NCBI GenBank assembly: GCA_977016875.1
Contig: CDRNST010000233.1
Location: 6,510,001 to 6,574,000 of the forward strand
DNA: 64,000 bases
Source: Pavona decussata
Lineage: Eukaryota
Direction of reading: 5' to 3'
Part shown: in pieces, positions 39,595-51,077 of the stretch
Position numbering within the stretch: position 1 is the first letter of the stretch
Layout of the letters: every line of letters begins with the position of its first letter
Made by a program: the position numbers and the translations under genes
The notes under the pieces: model-generated
Databases searched by the model: none
What the model saw: only the letters and a program-made list of their open reading frames with translations
What the model was told of the DNA's origin: nothing

Positions 39595-42500
39595 TCATTC
39601 GAACATCTCTTGTTCCAATGGTTTACTGACCCACTGACCGTACTTCGACGACTTAAAATAATCGCAAAGTTTTATCTTGGCCTCTAGGAAATCAGTTGCC
39701 ATTTTCTTCGCCTCGCCGTAAGTTTCAGCATTCACGAGTTCCTGTCGGCCAACTTTGGCAGCAATTTCTTTAAATGACGCATACATCGCCGCCTTACATA
39801 CGCGCGATGGAGTTGGGCTGTTGTGCGTGCGTGTCATGCACGCCCCCGTGCGCCCATCAGTCACTTCAGTGCGCGTGTCACCGATTGACCAATTAACGCT
39901 GAGATTGTTAGTCTTTTCTGTTTCACGTGGTGGATCGTAGGCTGTTACACGACCTAGCCACGGGTGGTTCACGTGATACGGAGCAGGCAGCACCGTGTTA
40001 AGGTCACTAGAGTGTTGAAGGCGACAGCAAACAGCGCGTGAAAGATGACCATGATCGTACAAATAGCCCAAAGTGAGGGACGCCAAGTAAACAGGCTCAA
40101 TAAAGTGGCTCAGGAGAGCGCCCTGAAGTCCCAGAACATTCCAGCGACATATCTTATCACTGCAAGACATGGTACGTAATCTGCTACCGCGTAGGAGCCC
40201 ATCCCATGTTTGAATGCCATCAGAGGGGTCGATAGGAATTGTTCCCTCACCGCTTTCGATCTTTGTTCTCAGGATGCCTTGCTGCTTTGATGTGAAAGTA
40301 GGATTGTGTTCTGTTGAGTGTTCAGAGGGGTGGGTGTTGGGCTCTTCTCGGGGGGTAAACAAGGCACCATCACCGCAAGGCGCCGTACTTATATAGAGAT
40401 GAAACGACACACCCTCACGAAGAACGAGCCTTGAAGAACCTTGCTTTGGAGCAAAAATGGATTCATTTCCGTCATGGTAACTGCTCAGTTGCCTGTAGAA
40501 GAACCGGAGTAGAGATCTTCGAGCGACAATCTCAGCGTGAGAGTCATTCACTGTTTTTCCTTCCATGCTTAACCGTTTACCAGTCACACAACGGTTCCCT
40601 GTTCCAACAGCAACGACCCGACCAGAATCATTAGTATCTTTCTTCATGATAATACACGCCACAACCTTCCTTCCAGCGAATTTATCGGTAACGGACGCGG
40701 CAATTTGCAGAAACGTGTGATGTGAAAGAGCGGCTATGAGATCAAAATGTGTGCGGACCTTACTCAGAACGCTGGCAGACGGGCTTGTGATGTTTAAAGG
40801 AGAACCATCATCCGCTTCCGCGTTGCCAGACCGACCAAGCAGGCTTCTCAAAGCGACATCTGCTGCCTCACGTCGTGCATCCTTCAAAGTTCGAGCATTT
40901 GCCGCAGGGAACAGTTTGCCGTTGATTTTAGCAGCGACGGCGAACGTAGGGCGTTGGCTGAGAGTTTCGAAACTGAGCTCCATCTTGTTTTTCTGCACGT
41001 ATTCGTTCAGAGCGCTGACGGGGTTTTTGTTAATGGCGGCATAAGCAACACTAGACAGGACATCTGGAAGATCACTGTGAGTTGCTGCGGGCGCTGGTGG
41101 GATAGACATGGAGCTTGGAGCCCCACTGAATTGTCCACGTGGAGAAACTTGTGGTGTTGGACCAAACGATCTGAGCCCGGTTCCTGGTGATGATAAAGAA
41201 TTCTGGGTCGTTGTGGCTGGTGGCAATTGTGGGGTAGTCATGTAGCTCAACTTTCCACTAAACGCGCCACCAGCAGGATCATGCTGGGATGAAGCAAACG
41301 AACTAGATTGAATTCCGACAGATGCAGAGGATATTTGTTTCTTACGAGTCAGATATCCCTGATCTGGCTCATCTACATCAGGATGAGGTCTTTTCCGATC
41401 GGGTGTAACAAAACCTGATTCAGTGGTTTTTGAACCTTGGAAAGTCAGAGAACTCACTTCTTGGCGTACCTTCCACGTGGGGGGATGATCATGCATCTTG
41501 TAAATCAACCCTATTGTCTGCAGGTTGTAAAGGGTGGGATTAATCTCCTTTTTGGTGCGCAAACCAAACTGCCTGGCTAGTTGGAGTGTATCATACGACT
41601 TTCTTTCTCGCTTCATAAATGCGATCACTCTTGCTTCCAGATCATTTAGTGTTGCAGGCTGTCGTGATGAAGCGATCATTGGGCTCTTACTTGAAGTTGG
41701 TACTGCCTGGGGACCACGTTTGACTAGATTCTGGAAAAGGTCTGCCGAAGGAGGTGGAGGAAGCCGAACGGACTGTTTTGAGGAATGAACTGAGGCAGCT
41801 TGACCCAGACCAGGAACAGTTGTTTCGTTTGGCTGGAATTTCTTTCCAAGGGATGATTGGGAATGACCTCCTGGCAGGTTTGACTGGTTGTAAGCAACTG
41901 CAGATCGATTCGTTTGGAAGGCCATAGGTTCCTTGTCATCGTTTACATGAGAACTCTGCTGCTGCAAAAGATTAGTTTGCCCAAGGGAACCAGACGACAT
42001 CTGCCTCTCTGGATAGAAGTTTACAGATCTGGACTGCTGAAAATCAAGCAATGACTTTGAATGTGCTTGAGGTCCTGAAATGAGAGGTTGAGGTGGTCGA
42101 GGGACAAACGAAGACATCAATGGACGAGGTCCTGGCATCCTGGGAGGCTGCTGATTTGGTGTAAATGAAGGTGGAAAAGTGGGCCTTGCTGCCATGGCCA
42201 CTGGGGCAGGTTTCCTGGTACACTGAGACATTAAGGTGCTGAAAAGGTGTGCTGAAGGAGGCGGAGGGGGTCCTCGTGATGGTGGTTTGGCAGACACAGA
42301 TGTGAGTGTAGTCGGAATCTGAGAAACAGATCCATCATAAGCCGAAGACTGATCAGGAACAGGTGCTGCAGCACATGGATTCGAATTGACATTGATGTTC
42401 CTGTCATTAAAGGGTTCCTCTTTAATGGAGTGAAACGACTGATTTTCAACCGTACCTTGACAACTTTGCTTGATGGGCATATTGTCAATACAACTGGAGG

Positions 42501-43118
42501 GTTCAGGTTCAACCAGTGCTGGTGCGCTTGTCAAATTGTCACTTTCCTGAGTTATTGGAAGTGGAGCGTGATAACCAGGTTTGCCGTCCTTTTCATCTCC
42601 ATCACGTACATCTTCTTTCTTATCTAGAACTATGTCTTCGCCTTTGACTTCTTCTTTCGTGACTTTCTCGTATGTTTCATCTTCATTATCACCCGATTCA
42701 TAATCTGGAACAATCGTTTGCAGCTCTGGCATTTCATCATCGCTCCCTTCAATCTCCTCTGTCGAGTCAGCAATTCCCCACATCGGCGGCATTTTCATAA
42801 TTCGGTTGATCTTCTTTGCTTGCTCCAGTTTATTGATACATTCAATCAAGCTTGCCTCAGACGTGTGGATGGTAACATTGTGTAAAATATCATTTAATGT
42901 ACAAGCGTGCGGTGTAGTCTTCATAGTGTAGAGAATTTGGTTTTCAAGGGTATCATTCAACAGAGAGGAACTCTTGACATCTTCAACGCTCTGAGCTGAT
43001 TCCGGCCTTTCATGGGGCTCCTTTTGACTGGTCTTCAAGTCATCAGCGGATGAGGAGTCTAATTTGTCCATGCTGCTTTGTCTCTCCGTGTGCTTCCTCT
43101 CTTCCACAAGTGTAGCAC
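39595..43118 (-). CDS. ADAR: ADAR exon 2 (3524 nt): Z-like domain 2, Pro/Ser/Gln-rich linker, canonical Z-alpha, dsRBD and deaminase
   Basis: Uninterrupted ORF 39595..43164; the acceptor AG at 43120-43119 is preceded by a polypyrimidine tract. Confidence 0.93.
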
Positions 43119-46100
43119 CTGAACAAAAGTAAGTAAAAAACAACTTAATATAATCTTGACACAAATGGTCGAGACAACAGCAACAACGCTGAAATCTTCA
43201 AAAGCAAAACGACTTTTTTTAATTTTCCAGACACGTTTCGACGGTACATCCGTCATCGTCAGTGTGACGGTTATGAAAACAAGTGTTGAATTTTAAAGCG
43301 CGTAAATCACAATGCATACGTTACGTTACGTTACATAATGTTACGTTACATGGATTCAAAATTACAACGACCTTGACCTGCTGAATGAGGTCGGGCTGGA
43401 ATCCTTTGATTTACATTTTACTAAACTAGAAGATGCTGATATTATTTGCAACCTGAAACAAGCCAAGTTCCTTCTTTTCAATGTACACTTGGTACCCCCT
43501 TTCCTCTCAAACAAATGTTTTAATATCTTTCGTGCTTATGACCATCTAAAAAAGTCTGTGCAGCAAGAGTAATACAAATCTGAGATGAGAGCTCAGTTTC
43601 TTCAAAAACTTGTTTAACCAAAGAACGTTTTTTAACTTTTAATATGTATAATCCTGGTTACTCATTCATTTTTACTAAAACAAATCTGATTTGTTATCAT
43701 TTTTCCTCTTTCTCTAGTTACCTTCTCTCCCTCTGTTTTTCTTACAGTAAGTCTATAGTGCACTGTTAAATATTCAATACACTGTTTCTCTTTACAACGT
43801 CACAACATCTAATCTTCTTACTCTTGAAGGAGAAGGAGATGGGTGAAGGGGTGGGGGGGGGGGGGGGAGGAAGGGGGGAAGAACAGGCACATCAGTTGGT
43901 GAGAGCACTAAATGACTCATGCCACAACCTACATACGTTCAATTCCAGGCCTAACTAGTGTTCATTATGTGGTTTGAGATTGTTGTTGGTTCTTGTTCTA
44001 TTGACCCTGTAAGACCCTTTTTTAAGATCCCGTGGGATAGTGTAAAATCCTGTAGCATCATTAGCCTGGAATCTGAAAGCTCTCATAAGTTTGAATTCAT
44101 ATCTATCCTAGTACTGTTTCTTAACAATAGACTATCTTTAAGAGACCCGGTACTTATAATACATCATGACTTAGGAGAGTTTTCAGAGCCTAGCTGTGCT
44201 TGTTTGTAAAGTTTCACAGATTCCTGAAAGGTTTCACAGGATGTCATAATTTCGTAAAGTTAGGATTGTTTAGAATTGCTTATGTCAAGGCACTATCAGT
44301 TGATAACTTTGCCTGTGGGAAATTTCATATCATTAAAACCCAGTCACCCACTAAGTGACACTCCATTATTTACCACTAAAAGTTTCTTCAGAACAAGCAG
44401 ATCAGAAACTGGAATTTAAAATCTTCACCTCACCAATTTGACCGTGTTTTTAATTTAGTGAAATGTTAAAAATGGAAAAGACAAACAAACATGCCAGACA
44501 TAAATGCACTCTGACTTTCTTTTTGTCATCCTGGCCCGCCAAGATTAGCTTTGCTACCTGCGGCGCCAAGAAAGTGTAAATGTAATTTAAAAAAAAAAAC
44601 ACCCAATAAAGTTGAAGTTGAATATAATTTTATGGGCGAGTTGTATATATATCCATCCAGTGCTTGACCTTAGAAAGCCCACTAGCCCAGATACTAGCCC
44701 AGGACTAGTAAAAAGTAATTATTGGGCTTGGGCTGCTAGAATGTGAGATTTACTAACTACATTGGGCTAGTCCCATAAGTGGTGGTTTTGAAAAGATAAA
44801 TAAAGAAAAAAAAAATAAACAGATTCTATTGATCACAAAAGAAGTGAAAAAAAAAAAAGGATTTATTGCACTTTACAACAATAACCATCATTATTATTCA
44901 AACATGGTGGCTTGGCTACCAGGTGATGCCTTTTGACTAGTAAATTTTACAGAGAAAAAAATTAATGTCAAGCACAGCCACCCATGAATTTTTGTCACGT
45001 ACAATCTATCTCCAGGTATTAACATCCCTCTGCTAGGCTTGATCAACTGTCTCTCTGGCATTGACCATGTCATGTGTCTGTCAGAGAGCATTTTAAACCC
45101 CCTCAGATTTGGAGAAATTTAGTGGCTACAATGCCATTTAGGAAAATTATATTTTCCCACTGATATGTAATGAAAGAGGATGAAAATGACCTTTTGTGCT
45201 TACATAAGCCCTTAGCTGTGATATAAAGCCCCAAGTACTATCTATAATACAAATATATGTCAAAACTCTGGTTCTCCTAAATCCCACATCATGTTTGCAG
45301 TCATAACATTAATTTTCCCCAGGGGATGGTAAGAATTATTTTCATTAATATTCAAATTGTATTGCTCAGCAGCAAAACTGTGCAAAGAAAAAATATAAAA
45401 AGGCAGGTACTGTACAGCTGTACAGGTATAACTTACAGCTACATGTACCACATTCAAACTATAAATATACATCAAATTTCGGCTCAGATTAACTGCAGGT
45501 TGTAAGATTGTGAGCACCACATGTGAAATATTACTCACACCTGCAACTCAGAAACTCGATGTAGACATGCGTGTAAAATACTAGAAAAAATAAAAGTTAC
45601 ACACAGCTGAGTAATACTGTACTTAGATTTCATCAATACAGTGTATGATGAACTTCTTCAGATTTCTTAGAATACGTTTGTAGCCTCAAAACATGCCGGA
45701 AATACATGTAATGTTTCACGGCGTTTAATTAATTAATTGACACTCGAGCCCTGAATTTCACGCTATAATTTCTGCCCTAGCGTGCATGTGGAAGCTTCAA
45801 TGGCGTTTTAAGCTTACAATTATAATAATGGGATGACAATTGACTTAACTGTTAAAAGGGTTGCTAGTTTCTTTCGTTTCACTACTGCAAAAGGAACGAA
45901 TTCAATTGGAGAAGGTTGCATGTCTGCATGCAAGAATGCTTGGAAAGTCGGGGACTTTTTGTCACTTTAGTTTGGACAAAAAATTATATTACTCACGATA
46001 TTTCCTTTTATCCAGAGTCAACCGAGAAAAGGATCCGAGTACGCCTGGTAAATTCCCAGAGCTTTGCAAAGCCATGGCCCTCCATAAGCAAGACAAAATC

Positions 46101-46580
46101 GCAATGGAGTCTGGACAGAGCGAAACCGAAAGTGCTTACGAGGCATAAATTAGGGTAAATTACAACCTGCACGTGTTTCAGTTTCGCATGAAATCACTTC
46201 GTTACTATTTATAACATTGCTTCCAATATAACATGCAAATGAAAACTGACCCTCATCAATTTCAAACTTTCCTTTCCACTTTATTATTTTAGCTTTTGCA
46301 CCTTCGTTTTTTAGTGTTAACCATGCATATTGATAAGGTGACAGATAGCTTAAGCTTTACCTTCTGGATCTTTCATTTCGGTCGCGGAGCGACCCAGTTG
46401 CCACTTTGGAGGCATTTCACTAACTTGCACAATAACTCCCTGACGAACCAATTCAAACACTGCTACATTCACGAAGGTGTTGCTTGAAATTTCAAGGCGA
46501 TCCATGATTTCATGTATGGAAAACGGTCCATTTTCACATGTAAACAAATCCGATACTTTCGTTTTCCAATCCTCCGCCAT
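39595..46580 (-). CDS. ADAR: Double-stranded RNA-specific adenosine deaminase, ADAR1-like, 2 coding exons, about 1247 aa
   Basis: Exon 1 46580-46361 (phase 1, GAAG|gtaaag) joins in frame to exon 2 43118-39595 (ttttgttcag|GT). Deaminase motifs DSHAEIVARR, STAPCGDG, TMSCSDKI, NVLGLQGALL, WVSKPLEQEMF; dsRBD NPVSALNEY...AADVALRSL; Z-alpha KKEINPTLY...HPPTW. Confidence 0.93.
43228..43266 (-). ncRNA. Minimal hammerhead ribozyme motif in a Penelope-like 3' remnant inside the ADAR intron (sense to ADAR)
   Basis: Minus strand: ca-CTGACGA-t-gacgg(atgta)ccgtc-GAAA-cgtg-TC-tg. Core nucleotides intact, 5-bp stem II, very short stems I and III. Confidence 0.55.
46361..46580 (-). CDS. ADAR: ADAR exon 1 encoding an N-terminal Z-alpha-like winged-helix domain
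   Basis: MAEDWKTKVSDLFTCENGPFSIHEIMDRLEISSNTFVNVAVFELVRQGVIVQVSEMPPKWQL; aaaATGG start context; GT donor at 46360. Confidence 0.8.
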
Positions 46581-46790
46581 TTTGTTTCATATTACCCAGA
46601 ATGCATCCCTTTGGCTCAACCGCTGATCAGCTGAATCCGCAACTGAAGAAAAACAAACATGGCTGTCAAAAATTTGACCGCCAAATTTGTGAAAGGGTTG
46701 GATGCTTTTGCGAGGTAGCTCGAGGTCAAAAAGATAGTTCCGATTGCTTTGCATTTTTGGTTGGAATCGCTGGTTTGATGAGTGTATAAA
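46581..46790. promoter_or_regulatory. Putative bidirectional promoter shared by ADAR and the KIF27-like gene
   Basis: Only 210 bp between the divergent ATGs (46580 minus, 46791 plus). A YY1-like AAAATGGCGG overlaps the ADAR start; a similar AAGATGGCGG overlaps the TRDMT1 start. Confidence 0.65.
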
Positions 46791-49700
46791 ATGGGTGAAG
46801 TCCCCGTGAAAGTGGCTGTCAGGGTAAGCATTTGCAGTACAAGTACTGCTTGCATGTAAAAATTGTAAAATCATTAGTGGTTGAAACTAGCTAAGCTGAT
46901 CTGTTCATGTATTTCATAAGCTTATAAGTAGTTATTCATAAAATTTTATTGTTTAAGCTTAAACCATAGCATTACAGAAAAGACTGCCTTGACATTTTTT
47001 TTTTCAACCAAAGGGTTTATTATTTACATGTAGGAGGTACAAAAATGACTAGTATGTCCTTTTGAGAAAAAAAGTTATTTCTTGGCCTGATATGTGTGGT
47101 ACATTGGCTGCTTTCACTATGCCAGGTCCGTCCATTGGTTGGCCAGGAAATAGTGCATAATGTTCCTCAGTGTGTTCGCTTCATTCCAGACAAGCCTCAG
47201 TTAATCCTTGGAAAGGATAGAGGATTCACATTTGATTATGTGTTTCCTCCAATCACTACACAGGTAAATCACACATTTACATGACTTGTATGATCAAGAA
47301 GTATTATAATTCTAATTAACAATTAGATTATGAGTTTGAGATTTCTATCGCTTGATAGCTGATGTCAGGGCGCAGCCCGAACCAGCTATCATGCATAGAA
47401 ATCGAGAGCGAATAATCTAATTGTCTTAGTATAAATCTACTACTTGTTCAAAACTAAACAAGTAAATTATCTATGATCCTCATCAAAGACACTTTGAAAA
47501 CACGACGAAGCAGCCGCCATTTTGTTGAAAACCGCTACTCACTATCTATCACAGAATAGATAGCGAGTAGCGTAGCCAATCAGAGAATGGCATTCGTGAT
47601 AGAATTGATAGTAGATTTATACTAATAATATGTTAGTACTAGGTAGCAGTTATAATGTTAGAAAGATTTAGAGTTATGTTATAACTAACGGAATAAACGC
47701 CAGTGCATAAACGTAAAATGTCCATTTAGTGATCATTAGTGAGTTTAAACTTATCCGACAGAACCCACTTTAATACACCATGCGCGGTTGAAAATGGCGA
47801 ATTTTCTTTCTGACAGTACGCGTTGACTGCTGCAAGTCACGAGAAATCTGGTTTTTGGAAAATACTATTATATAAATCAAGAATTTCCCCTTTGAATATG
47901 ATGAGGGGGGTTTTCCGGTGGGCTTTCTGGTTTTCTTGTTTCATGCATTGTTCGTATAATCCAATCAAAAATCGAATTTTGATTTGAATACTTGAAACAT
48001 CTAACGCGTTCAATTTTCAAATAATAGATTCATTAATAGAATATAGGGGGGTACGCTTGACCTGGTTTGACTGTAACACAAATCACACGTTTGCCGTTAA
48101 TCCTTTAACATTCAATTCTAGATGAAGATCTCTCTGTCATCTTGACCAGTGTGTTCAGATGTCTTATGTATCCAATCAGCACCGCCATCACGCTTTAAAT
48201 ACAATGTACATGAAACATTAGTTATATTCTGTCTGGCTTGAAGGTGGACATATCTTAGATCTGAAAATCTTTTGTTTGCATTTCCACACTCTGCCAGCCA
48301 TTTGCTGATTTTTTCTTGGTACTGTAACATACTGTATTTATAAAATAAGTTGAACTATGGGTTACCTAGAAACAACTTCAGCTAACGGCCAGTACTGTAC
48401 AGGACTTGAACCTAACAGCTCTGCGGCTCACAAGGCTTCTATGCTCATCGAAAGCAAACAAGCAAACAGATAAACAGTACACTGTACATTTACAAAACAA
48501 ACAAATGAACCAGAAAAAAATTCCAGGTATGAGTACTCAGACCATTGCATATCACATGTGTGAACAGAGTTCCAAGCTTGACAGTTTTGGTCACTGAGCT
48601 GGATGCAGCCAGGAGAAACAATTTTTTTCAAGAAAAAGTCAGAAAGTTTTGCATCAAGTCAGGGGCATTCTAAACTATTTTTTTTTTGTATCTTGAAGTT
48701 TAAGGTAAAAAAAATTAAGGAATTATATTTTTAACTTACAGTAGGTCTCATCAAGATTGCATCTTGTCGGTAAGGTCATGTTGTTTTTCAAAATGCAACT
48801 TGTCAGTCAATTGAATGTGAACTTAAGATGAGGCTCTGCTCTGTTTCTACATGTACAGGCAGATGTTTATGACAAGTGTATGGAGCCTTTGGTTAAGAGC
48901 TGCATGGAAGGATATAATGCGACTGTTTTTGCATATGGCCAAACAGTGAGTTGACTTCATTTGTTATAAGTCATGTACATACTAGTTGTTCAATGCTTTT
49001 GAGTGGTATACCGTAAAACATATCCCACGAGTGACCTGATTTTTCTTAGTATTTGTCTTAGTATACACACTCGCCTAAAGGCTTGTGCGTAAATTACTAA
49101 GCAAAATCAAGTCATGAGTGGGATAATTTCATGGTATACCACAAGAAAGCAAATTGCATATTAACTAATTTATCCCATGCCACTCATTGCATTAACACAA
49201 AACTGTAATCAGTTTTTTATTTATTATCAAGGATTCATCTGTAATTTTTTAAAGTATCATAAAACATTTGTAAATAATTGCGCAATTCAGCCTTTGGCTG
49301 CGATGCATTTTTAATAAACTATCTATCTATCTATCTATCTATCCACTCTTTAACAGCAAATACAATCAGTGAAAAAATATTCAAAGTATATTGAAAGTAA
49401 ATTAAGTTTTGACAAAAAATTAAAAAAATATAAATGGGACGGTACTGCTCATTAAATATATAAATTAAAGCCTTTCAAAAAAAGGTAAGAAGTATTTGTA
49501 GGCCTCGAGGAATGCTGGGATTTTTTTCGTGGAATACTACCCGACTTGCAAGCTGCAGAATATGCAACAGGTTTCTAGCTTTCTTATTGGCTGTTTTCTC
49601 TATGGCATGGGATAAATGTATGTATCCGGTGCTGTCTGGGAAGAGACTCATGGAATATAATTATCAAACAAAGTGCCAGCTTGTTGTTGGAATATTTTTT

Positions 49701-51046
49701 TAAGTTACGATGGTTGGATGGAATAAACACTCATGATCAGAAGGCAGAGCTGTCATTAAGGGCCGTAACCCGTAACACCTGTTATGACTGAATATCTTTG
49801 AAAGAACCTTGATGTTACGGCTGATCTTGATGGTTGAAGGGTTATTTTACTCAGAAATTAATAACACTGTTACGGGAAAGAAGCTTAATGCAACATGTGG
49901 CTGAAAAACTTAATGACAGCCCTGGAAGGTACACTTAACGATTACTTAATAATTATTATATTGATGTGTTGTTGACTGTGGGTACTAGATAAAACTAATC
50001 ATAATAATATATTTAAAATGTTTTAGGGTTCAGGAAAGACATACACAATTGGTGGGACAGACAGCGCTGGTCTCTTGGAAGAAGAGTATGGGATCATTCT
50101 CCGAGCTGTTAAACAGCTATTTCACATTATGGAGGTACATGAAAACTTTCGTTGTTTGCTAATTTAAAATTAAATATTTTTAAACTTTCTTTGTCATTTG
50201 GATACAGTTTTTGAGTGCTACTGACACTGACAACATATTGATCTTTTCAATGTGAGAAGGACTCAGTGCAAATAAACATCCTAAATGACTTTCCAGGCCC
50301 CCAAAATATGTTATTGACTAGTATTTTATTTACTAAAATCATAGATTAGAGAGTGCGTTCAATGTCACCAGGCTCTTTGTCCTTTGGCAAGCCCACGCCA
50401 ATGTCGATCTCAGGCTCTCTCTCTTTTTTTTGTCATCCGCCCCTGCAAAAAAACCGGGGGCGGGGGAATGCCAGATGTGTGTCCCAAGATCCGCGACCCA
50501 TCCACAACAAGTCCCATAAAATCTCGACTCAAATCTGTATTAGGAGGTGTTCTTCCTACGTCGAACACAAAAATCAAGGTTTGGGTGGTTGATTGGATTA
50601 TGTCTTTCAGCTAAAAAAGCCTAAACCTGCAGGTAATTTAAAATTAATTGTGACAAGAAAGTTGATGACTGCATGTAGTACAAACTAAAGGAAACAAAAC
50701 AAAAAACACAAATTCTGAAATTTCAAAGATCACTAAAAAGTATTGGTGTTTCTTACATTATGTACATGTACAATTTTGTTGTATTTTCATATAGTTACAT
50801 GTATTTTGCTTGATAATCAATTGAAGGGCAGGGCCTGGTACATGTATGACCAAATTTATAATCATGTTTTTAACGCTGATCTTGGCTAAGATTTAGCTTT
50901 TTTCCATGTAGTCCTTTTTGCAGTGCTTGTCATGTATTTGACTGGTGTTTTGGAGGATTAATTAGCCTACTAAATTGTTCTTCAAATGTTGCGCAGTAAT
51001 TAACAATTATTCCACGAGCGCGCGTTGGATATGAGATGATAGATAA

Positions 51047-51077
<31 letters not shown>

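Noticed and set aside
43119-43164. ORF-track start of the 1189-aa ADAR ORF
   Set aside because: It is a non-ATG start inside the polypyrimidine tract; the true N-terminus is better explained by exon 46580-46361.
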